From: Eubacteriales bacterium
GTDB taxonomy: Bacteria; Bacillota; Clostridia; Oscillospirales; CAG-272
Assembly: GCA_045632305.1 (NCBI GenBank)
Contig: JAZQWL010000010.1
Location: forward strand, 67,399 to 131,398
Direction: 5' to 3'
DNA: 64,000 nucleotides
Below are positions 10,051-19,819 of the stretch, in pieces. A program made the translations under genes and the position numbers. Numbering within the stretch: position 1 is the first letter of the stretch; each line of letters begins with the position of its first letter. The notes beneath the pieces were generated by a model. It did not search any database. It was not told where the DNA came from and saw nothing but the letters and a program-made list of their open reading frames with translations.

Positions 10051-11429
10051 TAATTTCTAAGCTTCTTGCAGAAGAGGTGCTTGCGTGCGCAATGTCCACG
10101 GGCGCCGATTTCGCCGAAATTTATGCGGAAAAGACGAGAAATAACTCTGTCGGCTTTCTTGACGGAAAGATCGAGGACGTAACGGACAACACGGTTTCGG
10201 GCGTCGGTATCCGCGCATTCCTTGGTACAAGAACGGTTTACGCGACAACGACCGATTTCTCCCGCGCGGGACTTATCCGTTGCGCGCAGACGGTAGCGGA
10301 CGCTATGGGTCAGTCAAGAGCGCAGGTGCAGATCAATCTCGCCGAGAGAATTTTCGGGGATATTCATCCTGTAAAGGTAGTTCCCGCAAGCACACCCATG
10401 AAGGAGCGCACAGACCTTTTGAAGGCGGCTTGCTTTGCCGCAAAGGAAACCGATGAGAAGATAAAGCAGGTATCCGGTCGCCTTCTCTCTGTTGATCATA
10501 ACATCCTTATCTGCAACAGTGATGGGCTTTACACTACCGACAGACACGTAAGAACGAGAATGTCCGTATCCGCGGTTGCATCCAACGGAAGCGAAAATCA
10601 GTCGGGCTTCTACGGCCCCGGCAGAGGCATGGGACTTGAGGTGTTTGATCTTATCTCCCCCGAATATATTGGTAAGAGAGCGGCAAATCAGGCGCTCGTT
10701 AACCTCAGAGCCGATTACTGTCCTGCAGGACAGATGACGGTTGCCATTGAAAACGGCTTTGGCGGTGTTATTTTTCACGAGGCGTGCGGACACTCTCTTG
10801 AAGCGACAAGCGTAGCGACGGGTCGCTCCCAGATGGCGGGCAAGCTCGGTCAGATGGTTGCAAATCCCAAGGTTACGGCAATTGATGACGGCACTATCCC
10901 GAACGCGTGGGGCTCTGTTAACATCGACGATGAGGGCAACCCTACACAGAGAAACGTGCTTATTGAAAACGGTGTTCTCAAGGGCTATATGATCGACCGT
11001 CTCGGATCTCGCAGAATGGGAATGGCTATGACAGGTAACTCCCGTCGTGAAAGCTACGCGTACGAGCCCACGAGCCGTATGACTAATACTTATATTGCAA
11101 ACGGAACTGATAAGAATGAAGACATTATTGCGTCCATTGAATACGGTCTTTACTGTAAATCCATGGGTGGCGGCTCTGTAAACCCCTTGACGGGCGACTT
11201 TAATTTCTCCGTAAGTGAGGGTTATATTGTACGTAACGGCGTTATCTGCGAGCCCGTTCGCGGCGCATCTCTTATCGGTACGGGTTCACAGATCCTTAAG
11301 GACATTGACATGGTAGGTCAGAATATGGAAACAGGTCAGGGCATGTGCGGCTCTGCGAGCGGTAGCGTTCCTACCGACGTAGGTCAGCCCCTCATTCGCG
11401 TTTCCAAGATTACGGTAGGAGGTAGATAA
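10047..11429 (+). CDS. tldD: TldD-family metalloprotease
   Basis: 460 aa with the HEACGHSLE metal site. 4-bp overlap with the upstream gene. Followed by its PmbA partner. Confidence 0.85.
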   Translation: MIISKLLAEEVLACAMSTGADFAEIYAEKTRNNSVGFLDGKIEDVTDNTVSGVGIRAFLGTRTVYATTTDFSRAGLIRCAQTVADAMGQSRAQVQINLAERIFGDIHPVKVVPASTPMKERTDLLKAACFAAKETDEKIKQVSGRLLSVDHNILICNSDGLYTTDRHVRTRMSVSAVASNGSENQSGFYGPGRGMGLEVFDLISPEYIGKRAANQALVNLRADYCPAGQMTVAIENGFGGVIFHEACGHSLEATSVATGRSQMAGKLGQMVANPKVTAIDDGTIPNAWGSVNIDDEGNPTQRNVLIENGVLKGYMIDRLGSRRMGMAMTGNSRRESYAYEPTSRMTNTYIANGTDKNEDIIASIEYGLYCKSMGGGSVNPLTGDFNFSVSEGYIVRNGVICEPVRGASLIGTGSQILKDIDMVGQNMETGQGMCGSASGSVPTDVGQPLIRVSKITVGGR

Positions 11430-11431
11430 TA

Positions 11432-12775
11432 ATGGATTTTTTGAAAATTCGTGATATAATCGTATCCGCGGCATCTGTTGCAGGTATCGAAAAATATGAA
11501 ATTTACTGCACTACAGAGGAAGAAATTTCCACAAAGACGTTGAAGCATGAGATAAGCGCGTTAAGCTCCGGTATGACGGGCGGCGTCGGTTTCCGTTGTA
11601 TCGTTGACGGTAAAATGGGCTATGCTTCCACGAACGCTCTTGATACAGACGAGCTTTGCGGTCTTGTTACAAGAGCGGCTGAGAACGCAAAGGTTATTGA
11701 AAATACTGACGAGGTATTCATTTTCGAGGGCTCCGAAGCTTATGCGAAAACAAGCGCGGGCGAGCCCGTAGTCGTTGATGCGGCAAAGCTCAAGGAGTGC
11801 GCTCTGAAGCTTCAGGAGGGACTTTATAACTACAGTGAAGCCGTTGTAGACGGTACACAGAGCGTATCTCTCTCATTCGTTTCCGAAATCTATCTTTACA
11901 ACTCCTACGGCCTTGAGCTTACAAACAAGGTTGGTATGTCGGGCTGCTACGCTTCGTCCGTTATCAGTGTTGACGGGGAAAAGCAGAGCGGATTTGAATT
12001 TGCTATGGGCATTGACGGGGATGAGGTTGAATCCCTTCCCGCAAAGGCGGTTGACGGAGCTATAGAGCGTCTCGGCGCGGGCTTCGTTGAATCGGGCAAG
12101 TACAACATCGTGCTCTCAGGCAAGCAGATGAGAACGATCCTCTCTGCATATTCCTCTTGCTTCTCCGCAAAGAACGCGCAGATGGGACTTTCCTTGCTCG
12201 CAGGCAAGGAGGGCGAGAAGATCGCTTCCGATATCGTAACTATTACCGACGATCCTATGCGCGAGGGCTGTCCCGTACAGACCGCGTTTGATGGAGAGGG
12301 CGTTGCAGCATATAAGAAGAACGTTGTAGAGAACGGCGTTTTAAAGACTCTCCTTTACGACCTTAAGACCGCAAAGAAGGCGGGCAGAACAACTACTGCA
12401 AACGGACAGAGAGGCGGATATGCTTCTCAGGTTCATATCGCTCCCTACAACTTCGCAATTGCCGCGGGCGAGAATACTCTTGACGAGCTTTTTGCGGCAG
12501 TTGGCAACGGTATTTACATTACCGAGCTTAAGGGTCTTCACGCGGGCGCAGACCCCGTTACGGGCGATTTCTCGATCGAAAGCGCGGGCTTTAAGATTGA
12601 AAATGGCAAGAAGGCGGGCGCAGTGAAGACGTTTACTATCGCGGGCAACTTCTTTACACTGCTCAAGAGCATTACAATGGTAGCTGACGAGATCGAATGG
12701 GGAATTCCCACAAGCTTTACGGTATTCGGCTCTCCCGCAGTTTTAGTAGAGGGAATCAGCGTAGCTGGTAAGTAA
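11432..12775 (+). CDS. pmbA: PmbA/TldE-family protease partner
   Basis: 447-aa TldD/PmbA-fold protein lacking the HExxxH site, 2 nt after tldD. Confidence 0.8.
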   Translation: MDFLKIRDIIVSAASVAGIEKYEIYCTTEEEISTKTLKHEISALSSGMTGGVGFRCIVDGKMGYASTNALDTDELCGLVTRAAENAKVIENTDEVFIFEGSEAYAKTSAGEPVVVDAAKLKECALKLQEGLYNYSEAVVDGTQSVSLSFVSEIYLYNSYGLELTNKVGMSGCYASSVISVDGEKQSGFEFAMGIDGDEVESLPAKAVDGAIERLGAGFVESGKYNIVLSGKQMRTILSAYSSCFSAKNAQMGLSLLAGKEGEKIASDIVTITDDPMREGCPVQTAFDGEGVAAYKKNVVENGVLKTLLYDLKTAKKAGRTTTANGQRGGYASQVHIAPYNFAIAAGENTLDELFAAVGNGIYITELKGLHAGADPVTGDFSIESAGFKIENGKKAGAVKTFTIAGNFFTLLKSITMVADEIEWGIPTSFTVFGSPAVLVEGISVAGK

Positions 12776-12795
12776 TTATATCTTATATCAAATCA

Positions 12796-12827
12796 AAGTG
12801 CGTACGAATTTCGTGCGCACTTTTTTG
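12796..12827 (+). terminator. Rho-independent terminator after pmbA
   Basis: AAAGTGCGTACGAA/TTCGTGCGCACTTT stem followed by TTTTTTG. Confidence 0.65.
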
Positions 12828-12919
12828 CATCTTACCCTCATTTTTCCACCACTTGCCAAAAAGGTATTTACAAAAATTCGACAAGATGCTATAATAATCT
12901 TGCAAGGTGAGGTGATCAC

Positions 12920-13372
12920 GTGAAGGTTAAAATTGAAATATCGCAGGACGCGTCCTGCGAGGTCATAATTAAATGCCGCGAGATAAACGATGAGGTATTG
13001 CATATTGAGTCGCTTCTGACACAGAGAGGAAGCGCGGAAATGCCGCTTTATATAGGCGACGATGAGTATTTTGTCCTAAAGAAAGACGTTTTGTTTTTTG
13101 AAACGACTCTCGGTAAGGTTTACGCGCATACAAGGGATCGAATGTATCTGTGTCAATATAAGCTGTTTGAGCTTGAACAGATGCTAGGCGTAAGCTTTTT
13201 GCGCATCTCTAAATCCACGGTCGTGAATATCATGGAGATAAGCTCTCTGCATAAGGACATTACGGGCAGCGGTGAGATCCGCTTCCGCAGAAGCGACAAG
13301 ACAACCTATTTTTCGCGCGGTTACGCGAAGATATTGAAGGATAGAATTGAAGAAATGAGGTTTGGAAAATGA
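12920..13372 (+). CDS. Stand-alone LytTR-domain transcriptional regulator
   Basis: 150 aa with a GTG start. LytTR pattern (FFETTLGKVYAHT...YKLFELEQML...FLRISKSTVVNI). Preceded by TTTACA-17-TATAAT. Confidence 0.8.
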   Translation: MKVKIEISQDASCEVIIKCREINDEVLHIESLLTQRGSAEMPLYIGDDEYFVLKKDVLFFETTLGKVYAHTRDRMYLCQYKLFELEQMLGVSFLRISKSTVVNIMEISSLHKDITGSGEIRFRRSDKTTYFSRGYAKILKDRIEEMRFGK

Positions 13373-14202
13373 AGATAACAGTTTGGGAAAGAAAACGCGT
13401 GAGCGCCTCAACTATCGTTTGGGGATTGTTTATAATAGCGATTGCGGTGTTCTGTATTTTGCAGGCGCTTGGAGTTTTGGGCGGATTTACAAGTATGTTC
13501 GGTGTGATCCCGATATGGAAATTGATACTTGGCGTCGGCTTGCTTGCGATAGCTGTGAGGGGTATCGTGAAATTAAGATTAGACGAGGTGTTCGTGCCGC
13601 TCGGATTTATCTTCATGCTTTTTGAAAAAAATATCGCGTTTGCTTCAGGACGTGAAGAAGACATAATCAACAATTGGCTTGTGTTCGGTTGCTGCTGTCT
13701 TTTGTCCATCGGATTTGGATTAATTCTCCCTAAGAGAAGAAAAAGATTCAAGAAAAAGACAAATTACAAGATCAAGAACGGTCATCTGAGAGTCGATATT
13801 GACGATGACGATAAGATCGAGGTCGAGGCAGAGGATAATGATTCCGATGAGTTCGACGATGACGAATTTGATGAGGATTTTGAAGATTACAAGAGTGATT
13901 TTGCGACTGCAAACACCCGTTATTTTGACGGAGCAACGTTCAAAAAGGGTTACGTTATGATCAATATGGGCGCGACCGACGTAATATTTGAAAATCCTGA
14001 AAAATATCAAGGTGGCGGCGTGCTCAAGGTTGAGTGTAAGATGGGTGCTCTGTCCGTTTCGGTGCCTGAAGAGTGGCGCGTTGTTACAAACATTGCCAAC
14101 AGAATGGGATCCGTTTCCGACAATCATAAAAACAATGACCCGAACGCTCCCGTTTTGACCATCGTCGGCGAGTGTGTAATGGGCGCAATCGATATTGAAT
14201 AA
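13369..14202 (+). CDS. Membrane protein partner of the LytTR regulator (LiaF-like C-terminal beta domain, acidic linker)
   Basis: 277 aa with a 4-bp overlap with the LytTR gene. About four N-terminal TM segments, a DIDDDDKIEVEAEDNDSDEFDDDEFDEDFEDY linker, and a C-terminal domain resembling LiaF/DUF2154-type domains. Confidence 0.55.
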   Translation: MKITVWERKRVSASTIVWGLFIIAIAVFCILQALGVLGGFTSMFGVIPIWKLILGVGLLAIAVRGIVKLRLDEVFVPLGFIFMLFEKNIAFASGREEDIINNWLVFGCCCLLSIGFGLILPKRRKRFKKKTNYKIKNGHLRVDIDDDDKIEVEAEDNDSDEFDDDEFDEDFEDYKSDFATANTRYFDGATFKKGYVMINMGATDVIFENPEKYQGGGVLKVECKMGALSVSVPEEWRVVTNIANRMGSVSDNHKNNDPNAPVLTIVGECVMGAIDIE

Positions 14203-14217
14203 GCATATTGAATAAAT

Positions 14218-14255
14218 AAAAAGCCACACTGAAAACGGTGTGGCTTCTATTTTTG
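14218..14255 (+). terminator. Rho-independent terminator
   Basis: AAGCCACAC-tgaaaac-GGTGTGGCTT followed by CTATTTTTG. Confidence 0.75.
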
Positions 14256-14461
14256 TGAAATGTTGACAAACTTTATTCAAATTGGAAATAAACGCCGTAT
14301 TGGATGGCGTTTCCTATTGACAACAAAGAGTTTTTTTAGTATAATAATAGGTGGATATTGTACAATAGGGGGAGTATAATCCCTTATGCTTGATATAATA
14401 TTTAAATTTGAGATTTAAAACAAAAAACACAGACACAAACAAAGGAGGTGTAAAGGAAAGA

Positions 14462-16009
14462 ATGGAAATGCCGGTAGTAGCATTTTTAGCTTCCTTGCTT
14501 GGCGCCGCGGTAGTATTCTTCTTCTTTGGATATCTTTCCAGAAAGAAGATCGGTGAGGCCAAGATCGGTTCTGCCGAGGCAGAAGCTAAAAAGATTGTAA
14601 CAGAAGCAAAGTCTGATGCGGAATCCGCTAAGAAGACCGCTCTCCTCGAGGCCAAGGAAGGCATCATGTCTCAGAGAAATGAATTTGAGCGTGAGATGAG
14701 ACAGAGACGCGCGGAAGTAAACAGACTTGAAGACAGAATTTCTAAAAAAGAAGAAACACTTGACAAGAAGACCGACGCACTCGAGAAGAAGAACGAGCAG
14801 CTCGACCGCAAGCTCAAGGAAAATGAGGTTGTAAAGGAGCAGATCGAAGGAGTTCTCTCCGAGCAGTTAAAGAAGCTCGAGCTTATTTCGGGAATTTCTG
14901 CCGAGGAGGCAAAAGACGAGCTTATCGAGAGAGTTGAGTCCGAGATGAAGCACGAGCTGGCTGAACGCCTTGACGCCCTTGAAACACAGTTCAAGGAGGA
15001 GGCAGACGAGAAGGCGAAGAACATTTTGTCTTTGGCTATTCAGAGATATGCATCCGATCACGTTTCCGAAGCAACTATTTCCTCTGTGGCATTGCCCAGT
15101 GAGGAAATGAAGGGTAGAATCATCGGACGTGAGGGTAGAAACATTCAGAAGATCGAAACGTTGACAGGCGTTGAGCTTATCATTGACGATACCCCTGAAA
15201 CTATTACATTGTCGGGATTTGATCCCGTAAGACGAGAGGTTGCGAGAATCGCCCTTGAGCGTCTTATTTCCGACGGTAGAATTCATCCTACGAGAATTGA
15301 GGAGATGGTTGAGAAGGCGCAGCGTGAGGTTGACGCATCCGTTAAGCAGGCGGGTGAGAGAGCTACATTTGAGGTTGGCATTCACGGTATTAACCCCGAG
15401 CTTGTAAGACTTCTCGGTCGTCTTAAGTACAGAACGAGCTACGGACAGAACGTGCTCAAGCACTCCATTGAGGTTGCATTCCTCGCCGGTATGATGGCTG
15501 AGGAGCTTGGCGTTGATGCGAATATCGCAAGACGCGCGGGTCTCCTCCACGATATCGGTAAAGCATTCCCGCACGACGTTGAGGGCTCTCACGTTGAGAT
15601 CGGCGTAAATGCGGCGAAGAAGTATAAGGAAAGCCGCGAGGTCGTTCATGCGATCGAAGCGCACCACAATGACGTTGAACCCAAGACCATTATCGCTATT
15701 CTTGTTCAGGCGGCTGACGCTATCAGCGCGGCAAGACCCGGCGCGAGACGCGAGGATATGGAAAACTACATCAAGCGTCTTGAAAAGCTCGAGGAGATCG
15801 CAAAGAGCTTTGACGGCGTAGATAAGGCGTTCGCTATTCAGGCAGGACGTGAAATTCGTGTTATGGTTAAGCCCGAGGAGGTTAACGATGACGCAATGAA
15901 GGTTGTCGCAAGAGAAATGGCGGCAAAGATCCAGTCTGAGATGAAGTATCCCGGTCAGATCAAGATCAATCTTATTCGTAAGAGTCGCGCTGTTGACTAC
16001 GCGAAGTAA
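14462..16009 (+). CDS. rny: Ribonuclease Y
   Basis: N-terminal TM helix, coiled-coil, KH domain ([12 protein letters not shown]) and HD domain (LLHDIGKA...HH). The ORF track starts at TTG 14408. ATG 14462 lies downstream of an AAAGGAGG RBS. Confidence 0.95.
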   Translation: MEMPVVAFLASLLGAAVVFFFFGYLSRKKIGEAKIGSAEAEAKKIVTEAKSDAESAKKTALLEAKEGIMSQRNEFEREMRQRRAEVNRLEDRISKKEETLDKKTDALEKKNEQLDRKLKENEVVKEQIEGVLSEQLKKLELISGISAEEAKDELIERVESEMKHELAERLDALETQFKEEADEKAKNILSLAIQRYASDHVSEATISSVALPSEEMKGRIIGREGRNIQKIETLTGVELIIDDTPETITLSGFDPVRREVARIALERLISDGRIHPTRIEEMVEKAQREVDASVKQAGERATFEVGIHGINPELVRLLGRLKYRTSYGQNVLKHSIEVAFLAGMMAEELGVDANIARRAGLLHDIGKAFPHDVEGSHVEIGVNAAKKYKESREVVHAIEAHHNDVEPKTIIAILVQAADAISAARPGARREDMENYIKRLEKLEEIAKSFDGVDKAFAIQAGREIRVMVKPEEVNDDAMKVVAREMAAKIQSEMKYPGQIKINLIRKSRAVDYAK

Positions 16010-16085
16010 TATTATTTAGGTTCCGCTTCGGATTGATATATATTTATATATAGCTTAATTGACAGTATAATCGAAAATAATATAG

Positions 16086-16124
16086 AAAAGCCTCCGTTGA
16101 GTAGATCTCAACGGAGGCTTATTT
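16086..16124. terminator. Bidirectional terminator shared by rny (+) and the helicase gene (-)
   Basis: 13-bp perfect stem AGCCTCCGTTGAG/CTCAACGGAGGCT with T-runs on both strands. Confidence 0.8.
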
Positions 16125-18416
16125 TTATTTTATCTCCCCGAACAGCTCGCGGATCTTGTCCTCGGGCTCATCGGCGCGCAATTTATCGGTCGCGTAGGCG
16201 CGGCGCAGAAGGGATTGCGGTATATAGGGGTCGTACTTTTCAAATATGGGTATTTCGCCATTTTCAACCAGCTCGTGCGGGTTGATTCCGTATCTTTCAA
16301 CGTCCTGCATAAGTCGGGAGATAAGATAATCGGGGCTTGTTTTCTCCATTTTGAAGGTGATATAGTAGCAGCCCTCAAATTCTATGCCTGAAATATTGAA
16401 TTTCTGCGCATTATTCTTCAAATACTTGCGAAGCGTTCTGAAGGAGCGTGTGCCAAGCCACGGGAAGAGGCAATAGGAATAGCCGCCAAGATGCACGAGG
16501 GACTGCTCGAGCATACCCGTATTTCGGGCGCATCTGCGCGCGATCTCAAGGCGCTTTTGCGCGTTTTCCTTGAGGTATGGGTAAACCGTGTCCTCCATAA
16601 GCACCTGCTTCATACGCATAAGGATCTTGGTGTGTATCTCACCAAAGTCGCCGGGCCAGGAGATTTCCATTTTGCCGTCGACCTTTTTAACGTAAATGAG
16701 CTTTCTTTGTATATCAAGCTCCTCGACCTCCCAGACTCTGCCCGCCAGAGCAAAGCGGTCGCCGACGGGCGGGGGAGTGGTTATCGTGCCGATCTCGTCC
16801 GAGCCGCAACGAACTGTAAAGTCCTCACTGTCCTTGAAGACCGCGAAGAATTTGTAGCTGCGAAGAAGTCGCTCGCCCGCAAGACCGATTATAAGTCCGC
16901 CGATCTCGGTCAGTTGAATATAATCGCAGTTGAGCATGGAAAGAATAAGCTCCTTATAATCCTCTCGGCTTACGCTGAGGAAGGGCGGTAGCGTCAGGAC
17001 TCGTTCGGCAAGCGCGCGGGGAGAAAGCTCTCCGCTTGAAGCTAATACGCTGAGTGTCTGGTGGAAAAGCAAGCTCATTGGCATTTTCTTTATCTGTGGC
17101 GGTTCGATAAACCGTTCCTCGATATAGAGCTGAATTATTGCAATACCGCGGAGAAGCTCCCACGGAATAAGCTGGGGCAGGGGTGTGTTCGGAAGCGCTT
17201 CTTCCTCACGAAATACCATCATCATTTCGGGGGGCATATCACGTCTGCCCGAGCGACCGAGACGCTGCAGGAAGTTGGAAACCGTATTAGGCGCTTGCAT
17301 CTGGAGAACTCTTTGAAGCTTGCCGATATCAATTCCAAGCTCCATTGTAACCGTCGCGCAGGTGGTGATGTTTTCCTCATCGTCACGCATTTTCATTTCC
17401 GCTTCTTCACGCAGAGAGGCGGAAAGGTTGCCGTGGTGGATAAGGATTCGGGAATCGTTGTCTCCACGCGCTTTTGCTATCTGTCGCATCGTCGCGCAGA
17501 TATATTCGGTCTCTTCTCGGGAATTTGAGAAAACAATGGATTTTGCGTCCTTTACGCAATCGTATGCGTATTCGTACCCGGGATCTATTTTCGGCACGAT
17601 GAATTTCGGGTCGCAGCTTACGGGTATGTTCTCGCCTGCGATATTATCGCCTGCGGGAGCGGTGTCTGTGTCGGTATGTTCCGCTTTGTATTTTTCCGCC
17701 TCGGGATTTTCAATGTAAAAATGCTCAAGGCCAAGACGCCACCTGATCTTTTCGTTTCCGAATATGGGCGTGTCGACCGCTCTTCCTGTGTCCGCGGTGA
17801 GCCATTGCGCGGCAAGAGAAGGGTCGCCAATAGTGGCGGAAAGACCTATTCGTCTCGGGTGGTAGCCGATAAGACGGGCCAAACGGGATAGCTGGCAGAT
17901 TATCTGGTTGCCTCGGTCGGTACTCGTCAGGGTATGTATCTCATCAATGATTACAAAGCGGAGGTCGCCGAAAAGTCGCGGGATATCGTTCGAGCGGTTT
18001 ATTAGCATCGCTTCAAGCGATTCGGGAGTGATCTGCAAAATTCCGCGGGGCTTGTCGAGCAGCTTTTTCTTGTGGGATGCCGAAACGTCGCCGTGCCAAT
18101 GGGTGACTTCAACTCCCGACATATCGAGAACCTCGCTTATGCGCTCAAACTGATCGTTTATCAAGCTCTTGAGCGGCGCGATATAAAGCACACCGATGGA
18201 ATACGGGGGAGCTTCGTTTAGAAGGGAGAGAACGGGGAAAAATGCCGCCTCCGTCTTGCCGCTTGCGGTTGAAGAGGTGAGCAGGAGATTATTGTCGGTA
18301 TCAAAAATACTCCTCGCCGCCTCAATCTGAACTGCGCGAAGCGATTCCCATGAGTGCGCGTATATATATTCTCTTATATAGTCGGGAAAACGGTCAAAAA
18401 TCTTCTCGCTGTTCAT
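16125..18416 (-). CDS. sngC: Superfamily-2 DExH helicase, third gene of the TerB/ATPase/helicase cassette (Shango SngC-like)
   Basis: 763 aa. Motif I SSTASGKTEAA, motif II VIIDEIH, motif III GLSAT, motif VI QRLGRSGRR, plus a ~300-aa C-terminal domain of unknown function. AAAGGAG RBS 18 nt after the upstream stop. Symbol assigned by gene order and architecture from memory. Confidence 0.75.
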   Translation of the reverse strand: MNSEKIFDRFPDYIREYIYAHSWESLRAVQIEAARSIFDTDNNLLLTSSTASGKTEAAFFPVLSLLNEAPPYSIGVLYIAPLKSLINDQFERISEVLDMSGVEVTHWHGDVSASHKKKLLDKPRGILQITPESLEAMLINRSNDIPRLFGDLRFVIIDEIHTLTSTDRGNQIICQLSRLARLIGYHPRRIGLSATIGDPSLAAQWLTADTGRAVDTPIFGNEKIRWRLGLEHFYIENPEAEKYKAEHTDTDTAPAGDNIAGENIPVSCDPKFIVPKIDPGYEYAYDCVKDAKSIVFSNSREETEYICATMRQIAKARGDNDSRILIHHGNLSASLREEAEMKMRDDEENITTCATVTMELGIDIGKLQRVLQMQAPNTVSNFLQRLGRSGRRDMPPEMMMVFREEEALPNTPLPQLIPWELLRGIAIIQLYIEERFIEPPQIKKMPMSLLFHQTLSVLASSGELSPRALAERVLTLPPFLSVSREDYKELILSMLNCDYIQLTEIGGLIIGLAGERLLRSYKFFAVFKDSEDFTVRCGSDEIGTITTPPPVGDRFALAGRVWEVEELDIQRKLIYVKKVDGKMEISWPGDFGEIHTKILMRMKQVLMEDTVYPYLKENAQKRLEIARRCARNTGMLEQSLVHLGGYSYCLFPWLGTRSFRTLRKYLKNNAQKFNISGIEFEGCYYITFKMEKTSPDYLISRLMQDVERYGINPHELVENGEIPIFEKYDPYIPQSLLRRAYATDKLRADEPEDKIRELFGEIK

Positions 18417-18434
18417 ATTTTTCTCCTTTAAAGA

Positions 18435-19808
18435 TTAAAATTCGATATCTGCGGCGGTATACGTTCTGTTCTGTGCGGGAGCTTGGGGTGTGATCGGCTC
18501 GCCGTCACCTATGTCCGCATGCGAGAGCGTAACGCTTTTACCGACCACGTCGGAAAATTTCGCGTCGGGATTCTGCATCAGGATATTGAGCACCGTCATA
18601 TAGTCGCGAAGCATTTCACGGGGGGTTATCATACTGTCAGCGCCCGCGCGGGAAAGACAGATATTTAAAAATTCAACTCTTTCCTCTTCGGTTATGGTGC
18701 AATTCCAATTATAATACTGCGAGTAAAGCGCAGTTACACGGCAGATGAGCGCATAAAGCTCGTCGTCGGATAGACGCTTTAAGCGGATCACGGGGCCGAT
18801 AAGATTCTTGAATCCGTCAAGCGCGAAACGGCTGTCGCAAAGACGGGAGCGGAGGGCTTCGTAGCTGAAAAGTCCGCGTCGTGTGTCCTCAAGGAACTGA
18901 GGCGTGCCGCCAAAGATGATATCGAGCCCGGGAGAGCGTCCCTGAAGTGTATCGTTGAACATGGAAAGGATCTTTTCGTAGTTGTTCTCTCGGCTGATTC
19001 TGTGAGGGATCTTGTAGAGGTTTACGCATTCATCGATAAAAACTACAAGTCCGCGGTAGCCCATCTTCTTTGAGAGAGCCGCTAAGAGTTTTAGAAAGTC
19101 ATACCAGTTGTCATCGTCAATAATTACGGAAACCGAGAAGCCGAGAGCTTTTTTTGCCTCAGTCTTGGTCGCGTATTCACCGCGAAGCCAACGGATACAA
19201 GCGCTTGCGCGCTCTCTTGCCGCCTCTCCGTCCTCCATTGTCGCCTTGTAATATTCGATGATCACCTTGGAAAAGTCAAAGCCGCCAACGAGAAATTCAA
19301 GAGAGGAAAGCTCGCTTGAAACTCTCTTTGTAAGCTCCATGTAAAATACTTCACCGTCGGAGGAAATGCCACTCTGGAGAAGGTCGTTTTTTATCTGACC
19401 GATCCAGCGGGAAATGATCTTTGTGAGCGCGCCACCGTCGGGGGAGGATTTTGACGCTAAGTTCTTCATAAGCTCGCGATAGGTTGCGACGCCCGAGCCA
19501 CCCGTACCGTAAAGTCGACGCTCGGGGGAGAGATCGCAGTCTGCGGTCAAAAAGTCGCGATCGAGCGCGTAGCCGCGCACAAGCTGGATGAGAAAGCTCT
19601 TGCCGCTTCCGTATCGACCGATAAGGAAACGCATAGCGCCGCCGCCCTCGTTTACCTCCTCAAGGTCGGAAAGAAACGCGCTTATCTCGTCAGCTCGTCC
19701 GATTGCGATATAAGGCGCGCCCGATCTCGGTACTACGCCTGCGGATATGCTTGAGAGAAGAGAAGAGAGAATTCTTCTCGGAATTATTGGTGTTGTGTTG
19801 TCTGTCAT
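18435..19808 (-). CDS. sngB: DUF2791/BrxC-D-like P-loop ATPase (Shango SngB-like)
   Basis: 457 aa with Walker A GRYGSGKSF and Walker B VVFIDEC. Overall resemblance to the DUF2791 ATP-binding family. Its RBS TAAGGAGG overlaps the stop codon of the upstream TerB gene. Confidence 0.7.
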   Translation of the reverse strand: MTDNTTPIIPRRILSSLLSSISAGVVPRSGAPYIAIGRADEISAFLSDLEEVNEGGGAMRFLIGRYGSGKSFLIQLVRGYALDRDFLTADCDLSPERRLYGTGGSGVATYRELMKNLASKSSPDGGALTKIISRWIGQIKNDLLQSGISSDGEVFYMELTKRVSSELSSLEFLVGGFDFSKVIIEYYKATMEDGEAARERASACIRWLRGEYATKTEAKKALGFSVSVIIDDDNWYDFLKLLAALSKKMGYRGLVVFIDECVNLYKIPHRISRENNYEKILSMFNDTLQGRSPGLDIIFGGTPQFLEDTRRGLFSYEALRSRLCDSRFALDGFKNLIGPVIRLKRLSDDELYALICRVTALYSQYYNWNCTITEEERVEFLNICLSRAGADSMITPREMLRDYMTVLNILMQNPDAKFSDVVGKSVTLSHADIGDGEPITPQAPAQNRTYTAADIEF

Positions 19809-19819
19809 ATCTGTCCTCC

